Virus genome (UHGV): UHGV-1357478
DNA from: a virus
DNA length: 39,244 nt
Direction: 5' to 3' (one strand)
The first letter of the stretch is position 1; each line of letters begins with the position of its first letter. Of this stretch, positions 9,909-17,763 are shown piece after piece. The translations under genes and the position numbers were made by a program. Below the pieces are notes generated by a model. That model was not told where the DNA came from. It did not search any database and worked only from the letters and a program-made list of their open reading frames with translations.

Positions 9909-9985
9909 ACAGCCCTTATGTGGGAAGTGTAACTCCTACAGTCGATGGGGCTTCTATTGAATTAAGCTAAGAAAGGAAAATAAAT

Positions 9986-10444
9986 ATGGTGGATACTTTT
10001 AAAATTTATAAAGGCCAAACCGAAGTTGTTTCCGGCACATCACCTTTAACTATAACAGGAATGGAACCTAACACCTCTGTGCCAGTTGGTGAGTACCAAG
10101 TAACTCGTGTTGTTAATGGGAAAGAATCAGAGCGAGTAGATATTCCAGCTTTTAAAACATTGTCTATTGCTGTAACTGGCTTAGAGTTTTCTCCTAAAAC
10201 ATCAACAGCAGATGCGGGTACTGCAGGTAGCCGACAAATCACAGCAACTGTCTTGCCTGAAAATGCAACCAACAAAAAAGTAACCTATAAGATTACGCCT
10301 GAAACAGAAGGTCTTGCTGTCTCTGAAACAGGAAATATTACTTGGACAGAAGCGGTACCGGCTGGTGTTTATACCACAACAGGAACAACAGAGGATGGTA
10401 AAAAAACAGCTCAACACACCTTAACATTGAATAATCAAGCTTAA
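9986..10444 (+). CDS. Ig-like (Big_2-type) domain protein, tail/virion surface
   Basis: Thr/Val-rich beta-rich sequence typical of bacterial Ig-like domains; RBS AAGGAAA. Confidence 0.55.
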   Translation: MVDTFKIYKGQTEVVSGTSPLTITGMEPNTSVPVGEYQVTRVVNGKESERVDIPAFKTLSIAVTGLEFSPKTSTADAGTAGSRQITATVLPENATNKKVTYKITPETEGLAVSETGNITWTEAVPAGVYTTTGTTEDGKKTAQHTLTLNNQA

Positions 10445-10456
10445 AATAAAATTTAG

Positions 10457-10486
10457 AGGGCAGCTTAGCGGCTGTCCTTTTCTTAT
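10457..10486 (+). terminator. intra-operon terminator / attenuator
   Basis: Stem gggcagc/gctgtcc followed by a TTTTCTT run, after the Ig-like gene. Confidence 0.45.
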
Positions 10487-10498
10487 GGAGGAAAAGAC

Positions 10499-10849
10499 AT
10501 GCAAATCGAAATTAAAGGGAAAAAATATAACTGTATTTTTGGAGTCAAGTTTATTCGTGAATTGGATAAGCAGCATGGGGTAGTTCGTAATGATGTGAAT
10601 CTTGGTATGGGACTAACAACTTTATTACCGCAGCTAGTAAGTGGAAATATCGTTGTTCTATCTTATGTACTTTACACAGCTACCATTACGGAAAAAAGTA
10701 GACCTTCTAAGGATGAAGTAGATGAGTTTGTTGAAACTGTTGATGATATTGAGGCGTTATTTGATGAAACGTTGAAAAACTTAGAAGAAAGCAATGCGGG
10801 AAAGTTAACGGTCAGAAATTTCAAGAAAGCTCTGATGGAGAACAAGTAA
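10499..10849 (+). CDS. tail assembly chaperone (gpG-like)
   Basis: 116 aa immediately upstream of the tape measure gene. Confidence 0.65.
   Translation: MQIEIKGKKYNCIFGVKFIRELDKQHGVVRNDVNLGMGLTTLLPQLVSGNIVVLSYVLYTATITEKSRPSKDEVDEFVETVDDIEALFDETLKNLEESNAGKLTVRNFKKALMENK
10798..10804 (+). other. -1 programmed frameshift site G_GGA_AAG (G -> G-T fusion)
   Basis: Heptamer in the G frame. The -1 frame is open from 10768 through 11199. Confidence 0.6.
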
Positions 10850-11199
10850 GAGAGGAACTAACCTCAGCTGAAGCTTATGAAAATATTCTTATTAATTGTT
10901 TTCGTTACCTAGAAATTACTGATTTATCAGAAATTGAACGAATGACTTTGTATGAATATGAAGTTAGGCTATTGGCGTTTCAGTTAAAAAGACTTGACCA
11001 TGAAAGAGACCTCTATCTTCAATCTTGGCTAAATAACCAAATTAAGGCGACTAAAGGTAAAAAATCCGAACCTTATTATAAGGAATTCAATAAGTTTTTC
11101 AATTATGAAGAACGAGAGAAGCTTATTTTGGGTAAATCATTAATTGATGAAAAAGTTGATATAGGAGCAATTGATTTATTAAGAAAAGCAAATAAGTAG
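10801..11199 (+). CDS. gpT-like part of the G-T chaperone (by -1 frameshift from 10499)
   Basis: -1 frame relative to G. Conserved arrangement upstream of the tape measure gene. Confidence 0.55.
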   Translation, partial: KVNGQKFQESSDGEQVREELTSAEAYENILINCFRYLEITDLSEIERMTLYEYEVRLLAFQLKRLDHERDLYLQSWLNNQIKATKGKKSEPYYKEFNKFFNYEEREKLILGKSLIDEKVDIGAIDLLRKANK

Positions 11200-11214
11200 G
11201 AAAGGAGGAAAATA

Positions 11215-14200
11215 ATGGAATCATATTCAGTCGAAGCAATACTTACTGCTACTGATAGAACGTTTAGTAGCACGATGAGTAGCGCTGAACGTTCAATGGC
11301 TGGTGTAAACAAGCAATCTGGTGAGCTAGGTGATGGATTGGATAAAAGCACCACTAAAGGGAATCAATTAGGCAAGTCAATTCTTAGTATTGGAGCAGGT
11401 GTGGGCGCTGTAAAATTAGTATCTACGGCCGTAAATATGGTTAAGGACTCTGTTGAAGGAGCGATTAACCGTTTTGATACGTTGAATAAGTATCCTGTAG
11501 TTATGAAGGCTCTAGGTTACTCAACAGAAGATGTTGATCGGTCCATGAATAAACTATCTGATGGGATTGATGGATTACCTACATCCCTCGATGAAATTGT
11601 AGCTAGTACGCAACAACTATCAATTTCAACTGGTAGCTTGAGTAAAGGGACTGACACAGCTATTGCATTAAATGATGCCTTTCTTGCTTCTGGAGCTTCA
11701 ACTGCTGATGCAACTCGTGGTATGCAACAATATATTCAAATGCTCGGTAAGGGTGAAGTTGATATGCAGTCTTGGCGAACATTACAAGAAACAATGCCGA
11801 TTGCGATGGATAAAGTTGCTAAGTCTTTCAAAGAACAAGGTGTAAACTCAGTTAACCAATTATATGATGCCTTAAAAGAAGGAGATATTACATTTAATGA
11901 GTTCAATAATCGTTTGATTGAGTTGGACAAAGGCGTAGGTGGTTTTGCGGATTTAGCCAAGAAAAACTCAAAAGGTATCAAGACCTCATGGGCAAATATT
12001 AAAACAGCCACCGTTAAAGGTGTAACTACAGTTATTAAATCATTTGATGAATTATCCAAAGCAGTGACAGGAAAAAATATTGCCGAAAACTTAGACTCTT
12101 TAAAAAATGTTGTTAATATAACTTTTAAGGCAATTGATGCAGCGATTCAATCAACTATTCCGTTGATGAAACTATTCGGAAAAGCTATTACGTCGATAGG
12201 TACAGCCTTAACACCATTACTACCAACAATTGCCAGTTTTGCTGCCACCTTTACAGCATTGAAAGTAATTCAGCAAGTGACAGGCTATATAAAACAATCT
12301 GAATTGGCAATCAAAGCTTATACAACCGCAATAAGTTTATACAATGGAATATCAAAACTGGCAACGTTATCTACTACAGCACTCGGAAGAGCATGGATGT
12401 TAAACCTAGCAGCCGATAAAGCAAATTCTGCAGCAATAGCAATAAAAACTGGTCTTTTAGTGGCGCAAAATACAATCGTTGGTGTTTTGACGGGAACAAT
12501 TAGTTTAGCTACAGTAGCTACAACTGTTTTTAGTACCGCTATGAAATTGTTGATGGGCCCTATTGGTTGGGTAACAGCTGCAATAGGAGGGCTAGTAGCT
12601 GTAGGGGTAAACTTGTGGAAATGGTTAAATAAGGAAACTGAATCAACTAAGGCAGTTAAAAAAGAACAAGAAAACCTTATGAAAACTACAGATGACTTGA
12701 TTAAAAAGAATCAAGAACATACCCAATCACGAAAAGATGAAGCTATTGAGTTAGAAAATACTAAAGAAAAATTCCAATCTTTGATTTCTGAAATGGAAAT
12801 GCTCGCTGCAAAAGAGAAATTAAGTAACAGCGAGAAAAAACGCATGACAGAAATTGTTGAAGAGTTAAACGGTAAAATGACTGGTTTAAACTTAGTTTAC
12901 GATGAACAAAGTAATAAACTTTCTGAAATGCCAGGTAAAATTCAACAACAAGTTGATGCCTATAATGCTTTAGATGAAGCTTCTCAAGCTCAAGAAAACA
13001 TTAATCAAATGTTAAAAGAACGAAATGATAATGAAGCGAAGTTGATGGAAATCAATGCCGCTAGAGAAAAATGGAACCAAACTTTAAAAGAATCTGGTGG
13101 GAATACAAAAGAAGCTCGTGAAAATATTGAAAAGTTGGGCGAGCAAGAGCAAGTGTTAAAGGGCGTTCAACAGGAATTAACGAATGAAATTATAAATACA
13201 GCTAATGCCCATGAACAATCAATGCAGCGTGCAAGCCAAGCTGTGGAAAATGGCGTGTTAAATCAAACAGTTTCATACAATGCTTTAAGTGGTAAGACGA
13301 AAGAAACAATGGATGCAATGCGTTCAGAATATTCATCGCTTGAAGAAAAAGTAGGGAGTGCTTTTGATGTTATTGAACAAAAGCAAGCTATTTCGGTTGA
13401 TCAGATGGCTGCTAACCTACAGAAGAACCAAGAAGCTGTTGCACAGTGGGGACAAAATATTTCAACTCTTGCAGAACGACATGTTGACCAGGGGTTATTG
13501 GAACAACTTAGAAAAATGGGACCAGAGGGTGCAGCACAAGCAGCAGAGCTTGTTAATGCATCAGACGAACAATTACAACGCTTGAATGATGTTTATCGTA
13601 ATACCGGGGAAACTTCCATGAATGCGATGAAAGAAGGCTACCAGTTAGGTAAAAATGGTGTTAATGAGGAAATAGCAAGCTTAATCCCAACTCAAAAAGA
13701 AACTTTGATGACTCAGATTAAGAGCACCGATTTTAATAGCGTTGGTCTAAGTGTAACCGAAAACTTTAAAGCAGGTATTGAGAATGGACGTACAGCAGTC
13801 GAAGAAATGACCAAAGGAATTGTTCCTAAAGTCGGGGAAGACATGAAAGGCGAAGTTCAAAAAGCTGATTTCAGAGGTATTGGTAAGTCCATTCCTCAAG
13901 GATTAGAAAAAGGTGTTGACGACGGCAAAGGAGTTCCTGTAAAAACATCTAACCAAATGATTGATGATATTGTTTCTGGTGCCAGAAAAGGTTTAGATTC
14001 TCACTCTCCTTCTCGTGTATTTCACTCAATTGGTGAAGATGTTGATTCTGGATTATCAAACGGTATCGAACAAAACGCAATGAATCCAGTAAGAGCTGTT
14101 GAGTCTATTGTTGATAAAATAATTTCTGCAATGGATAAATTGCCATCAGAAATGAATTCTATCGGAGCAAATGCAATTGATGGATTGACTAATGGTATTA

Positions 14201-14622
14201 ACGCCAATGCTAATAGTGCTTTAGCTGCAGCAAGAGGTGTGGCAGATCAAATTGTAAGTACAATGAAAAGCGCTATGGATATTCATTCTCCATCACGTGT
14301 AATGCGTGACGAAGTAGGTAAAATGATTCCAGCAGGAGTAGCGGTTGGTATTGATAAATATTCAAACTTTGTAGAAAAATCTATGCAACGACTAAGTAAA
14401 AAAGTAGCCATGCCCGCGCTGGATAATTTAAATTCAAATCTGTCATTTAGTGGCGGAACACAAAGTTTAGCGTTTTCTGGAGATGTATCTTCAAAATTCA
14501 CTGTGGAGGTACCTGTTATTTTAGATAGTACAGAGGTTGCAAGGGTTATTGCTAAACCAATGAGTAAAGAATTACAGAATCAACAAGATAAAAAAAATGT
14601 TTCTTTAGGAAGGAGGCGCTAA
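11215..14622 (+). CDS. tape measure protein
   Basis: 1135 aa with hydrophobic segments and coiled coil; two HSPSRV motifs near the C-terminus. Confidence 0.85.
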   Translation: MESYSVEAILTATDRTFSSTMSSAERSMAGVNKQSGELGDGLDKSTTKGNQLGKSILSIGAGVGAVKLVSTAVNMVKDSVEGAINRFDTLNKYPVVMKALGYSTEDVDRSMNKLSDGIDGLPTSLDEIVASTQQLSISTGSLSKGTDTAIALNDAFLASGASTADATRGMQQYIQMLGKGEVDMQSWRTLQETMPIAMDKVAKSFKEQGVNSVNQLYDALKEGDITFNEFNNRLIELDKGVGGFADLAKKNSKGIKTSWANIKTATVKGVTTVIKSFDELSKAVTGKNIAENLDSLKNVVNITFKAIDAAIQSTIPLMKLFGKAITSIGTALTPLLPTIASFAATFTALKVIQQVTGYIKQSELAIKAYTTAISLYNGISKLATLSTTALGRAWMLNLAADKANSAAIAIKTGLLVAQNTIVGVLTGTISLATVATTVFSTAMKLLMGPIGWVTAAIGGLVAVGVNLWKWLNKETESTKAVKKEQENLMKTTDDLIKKNQEHTQSRKDEAIELENTKEKFQSLISEMEMLAAKEKLSNSEKKRMTEIVEELNGKMTGLNLVYDEQSNKLSEMPGKIQQQVDAYNALDEASQAQENINQMLKERNDNEAKLMEINAAREKWNQTLKESGGNTKEARENIEKLGEQEQVLKGVQQELTNEIINTANAHEQSMQRASQAVENGVLNQTVSYNALSGKTKETMDAMRSEYSSLEEKVGSAFDVIEQKQAISVDQMAANLQKNQEAVAQWGQNISTLAERHVDQGLLEQLRKMGPEGAAQAAELVNASDEQLQRLNDVYRNTGETSMNAMKEGYQLGKNGVNEEIASLIPTQKETLMTQIKSTDFNSVGLSVTENFKAGIENGRTAVEEMTKGIVPKVGEDMKGEVQKADFRGIGKSIPQGLEKGVDDGKGVPVKTSNQMIDDIVSGARKGLDSHSPSRVFHSIGEDVDSGLSNGIEQNAMNPVRAVESIVDKIISAMDKLPSEMNSIGANAIDGLTNGINANANSALAAARGVADQIVSTMKSAMDIHSPSRVMRDEVGKMIPAGVAVGIDKYSNFVEKSMQRLSKKVAMPALDNLNSNLSFSGGTQSLAFSGDVSSKFTVEVPVILDSTEVARVIAKPMSKELQNQQDKKNVSLGRRR

Positions 14623-15552
14623 ATGTTATACAACTTTATTGATGTAAATGAACAACAAACAAAAGCCTCTTTGCCTTCGGAAGCCATGAATTTTAATGGT
14701 TCCTTTTTAGAAGATTTAGTTCCAGGTTATAGAACATTATCTGTTGTTGGAAGAGAGTTAGCTCCTACTGAGATACAAAGCTACCAGTTGGGAATTCGTG
14801 ATGGAATGCGACATGTTTATGCTCGTATTCCGGAAAGAGAATTAACGGTTAAATTCAAAGTTGAGGCTAACTCTAACGAAGCGTTTAGGGATTCTTTTAA
14901 CAGACTAAACGTTGCTTTGTTCACAGAAAAAGATGTACAGATTTGGTTTAATGATGAACCAGAAATGCTCTGGTCAGGTAGTAAGTCAGACATTGATGCA
15001 GTTCCTGAAGGATTGAATCGTGTCGTTGGTACATTTACAATCTTGTTGAATAATCCATATAAATATACTAGAAGCGATGCGACTAGTGTGATGTGGGGTT
15101 CAACAGAAATAACGTTTCAAGCGAATTACTTAATGGGTAATACTGGATCAGGGGCTGTTGATTTACCGATTGTTATCGAAGGTGGGGCTTATTGGGGTTC
15201 TACCATGATTACTTTTCAAAACCGTTCCTATCTGATGGGAGACAACGGTCAAGAGGTGAAGCCAATTGAAATATATCCAACTGTTGAAGGGTTAAAAGTA
15301 AAACCAATTATTACTATAAAAGGCACTGGTAGAGGCGTGTGGATAAAAACTAGAAGTGATACTATTGATATTGGTGATTTTGATAAATCAGAAATAGTGA
15401 TTGATACAGAACAGTTTAATATTACGAAAAATGGGAAGCCAATGATTCGTCCTATGAACGATTTTTATATTTATCCAAATGAGCCACTATACATCCAAGC
15501 GAAAGATAGTACTTTTAATCTAACTATTCGATATCCAAATCGTTTCTTATAG
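14623..15552 (+). CDS. distal tail protein (Dit)
   Basis: 309 aa directly after the tape measure gene. Confidence 0.6.
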   Translation: MLYNFIDVNEQQTKASLPSEAMNFNGSFLEDLVPGYRTLSVVGRELAPTEIQSYQLGIRDGMRHVYARIPERELTVKFKVEANSNEAFRDSFNRLNVALFTEKDVQIWFNDEPEMLWSGSKSDIDAVPEGLNRVVGTFTILLNNPYKYTRSDATSVMWGSTEITFQANYLMGNTGSGAVDLPIVIEGGAYWGSTMITFQNRSYLMGDNGQEVKPIEIYPTVEGLKVKPIITIKGTGRGVWIKTRSDTIDIGDFDKSEIVIDTEQFNITKNGKPMIRPMNDFYIYPNEPLYIQAKDSTFNLTIRYPNRFL

Positions 15553-15568
15553 GAGGTGTTGCTAAAAT

Positions 15569-17587
15569 ATGTTGATGGCAATGGATTTAAAAAGAGAATA
15601 CACGGCAGTTTTAGATAACGCTTATAATGTTGGATATGAAAAAATTGAAAACCAAATAGGGAATCTAGAATTTTCAATGCCGTTGGATGATCCTAAAAAT
15701 GAATTTTTGCAAGAAATGTTATGGGTTGAACTAACAGATAATGAAAATGAATATATAGGATTATACCGTGTTATGCCTTCAACGGTTCGTAAAGATGCTA
15801 GTAACAATTCAATCACGTATACGGCAAATGAAGCCCTTTGTACTTTGCTAGACACAGTTCTTTTTGGTTATCATGAACTAGTGAATCGAAAAACGGTTGA
15901 TGTTATTAACTATCTTTTGAATAAACAAAGGTCAAAACACTGGGTTTTAAAAAAATGTGAATTCACTCGGTATTTTAGTTATGCATGGGAAAATGAAAAT
16001 GGTCTCGCTGATGCCTTGTTTAGTATTCCTCAAGCATTTGATGAAGACTATATGTGGCAATGGAATACCAAAGTTTATCCATTCGAATTATCTTTAGTGA
16101 AGCCACCAAAAGAACCTATTGCTCGTATTCAAGAAGGATATAATATGCAAGGCTTTGAGATTGAAAGAGATCCTAACAATTTAGTTAATCGAGTTTATCC
16201 TTTAGGTGCTGGTGAAGGCGTCAATCAGATAAATATTAAATCGGTAAATAAAAATATTCCTTATGTAGAAGATGTAAAGTCTATAAAAGAACATGGTTTA
16301 GTTGAATATGTTTGGGTAGACCAACGATTCACAGTTCCACAAGCTTTAAAAGACAATGCAATCAACATGTTAAAAAAATGGGCACAGCCTAAAGTTTCTT
16401 GGGATGTGACTGCGGCTGATTTATTGAAATTAACAGATGAACCTTTAAGCATTGATAAGTTAAGACAAGGAACTGTAATTATGATCAACACAGATGACTT
16501 TGGAAGTATAAATTTGCGTATTAAAAAAGAGACAAAACAGGATGTATTCGGCGCCCCACAAGATATTCAGCTAGAGCTTGGTAATTTATCTGACGATTTT
16601 ACTACAACAATGTCTGATTTGAAACGTAAACAGGAAATAAACGAGACATACTCGCAAGGTGCAACGAATATTTTGAACTACAGTTATCAAGATAACTGCG
16701 AAAAGGCATACCCAGCAGAAATTGAATTCTTCTTAGATGATGATGTTTTTCATGTAAATACTGTGGAACTGACCTTTAAAACTAAGCGCTATCGTGGTTA
16801 TACAAAAGCCGTAAAAGGCGGAGGAGCTACAGTAAAAAGTACGTCAGCTGGTGGAGCTTCAACACAAACGAGTTCAGCTGGTGGTGGAAGTGTCGTTTCA
16901 AGTTCAGCTGGAGGAGGCTATTCTAGCGGATCTACCACAGGTGGCGGAGGAGGTAGTATTCAATCTAGTTCTGTAAATGGACAAAGTTCTCAAACAAGTT
17001 CTGCTGGTGGAGATCATAATCACTTGGTTGCAACTAATAATGGTAGCACTGAATCAAGTGCGTTTTATCGAGAAATGGATGCGGGGTCAGGTATGAGATT
17101 TAGACTAATGTCGACTGCATCAACAGATTGGTACACAAAGACGAGCTCAGGTAATCATACTCATAATGTGACTACACCGGCACACTCCCACACAGTGAAT
17201 ACACCTAACCATAGTCACAATTTTAATATTTCTATACCAAACCATACTCACAGCATATCGGTTCCTAGCCATAGCCACCAAGTAAGAATACCGGCACATA
17301 CACACCAAATTACTTTACCTGATCATAGCCATCCATTAGAATGGGGGATTTATGAGGCGCCAAGTAGCGCAACTAGTGTTGATATAGTTGTAGATGGTAC
17401 CACCATTCCAGTTCATGATACTAGCCAACAAAGACTAAACATTGTTAATTACCTTAGAAAAACTAGTGGCGGTAAAATCTCTAGAGGTAATCATACAATC
17501 AAGATAATACCTAACAAACTTGCACGAATCGAAGCGCAAGTTATTTGTCGTGTTTTTATACAATCACAATTAGGAGGACAATTTTAA
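15569..17587 (+). CDS. tail-associated lysin / tail endopeptidase (Tal), with Gly/Ser-rich linker and seven HxH repeats
   Basis: 672 aa after Dit. The N-terminal ~400 aa resembles a prophage tail endopeptidase family. Low-complexity segment 16811-17023 and HxH repeats 17150-17340. Confidence 0.65.
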   Translation: MLMAMDLKREYTAVLDNAYNVGYEKIENQIGNLEFSMPLDDPKNEFLQEMLWVELTDNENEYIGLYRVMPSTVRKDASNNSITYTANEALCTLLDTVLFGYHELVNRKTVDVINYLLNKQRSKHWVLKKCEFTRYFSYAWENENGLADALFSIPQAFDEDYMWQWNTKVYPFELSLVKPPKEPIARIQEGYNMQGFEIERDPNNLVNRVYPLGAGEGVNQINIKSVNKNIPYVEDVKSIKEHGLVEYVWVDQRFTVPQALKDNAINMLKKWAQPKVSWDVTAADLLKLTDEPLSIDKLRQGTVIMINTDDFGSINLRIKKETKQDVFGAPQDIQLELGNLSDDFTTTMSDLKRKQEINETYSQGATNILNYSYQDNCEKAYPAEIEFFLDDDVFHVNTVELTFKTKRYRGYTKAVKGGGATVKSTSAGGASTQTSSAGGGSVVSSSAGGGYSSGSTTGGGGGSIQSSSVNGQSSQTSSAGGDHNHLVATNNGSTESSAFYREMDAGSGMRFRLMSTASTDWYTKTSSGNHTHNVTTPAHSHTVNTPNHSHNFNISIPNHTHSISVPSHSHQVRIPAHTHQITLPDHSHPLEWGIYEAPSSATSVDIVVDGTTIPVHDTSQQRLNIVNYLRKTSGGKISRGNHTIKIIPNKLARIEAQVICRVFIQSQLGGQF

Positions 17588-17761
17588 ATGAGATTAACAG
17601 TAAAACTAATTAGCAAACAAGAAGAATTTATAATTAATGATGAATCAGGTAAAACGTTAGATGATTATTTTGCAGAACTGATTGATAATAGTTCGCCATT
17701 CATCAAGATAGGAAATCGTATTTTACAAAAAGCCACGATTGAATACATTAATGCAGAATAG
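17588..17761 (+). CDS. small hypothetical protein (57 aa)
   Basis: ATG at 17588 with TAGGAGG RBS; fills the gap between Tal and the fibre gene. Below the 60-aa cut-off of the ORF track. Confidence 0.4.
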   Translation: MRLTVKLISKQEEFIINDESGKTLDDYFAELIDNSSPFIKIGNRILQKATIEYINAE

Positions 17762-17763
17762 GA

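Noticed and set aside
13970-14300. Duplicated HSPSRV motif in the tape measure protein
   Set aside because: This is a known conserved duplicated motif near the C-termini of many siphovirus tape measure proteins and is not specific to this phage.
16811-17023. Nucleotide-level tandem repeats (tcagctggtgg units) considered as a mobile element or slipped-strand mispairing contingency locus
   Set aside because: The repeats are imperfect, stay in frame, and encode a Gly/Ser linker inside a continuous 672-aa ORF. This is a low-complexity protein linker rather than a discrete repeat element. Copy-number variation between relatives remains possible.
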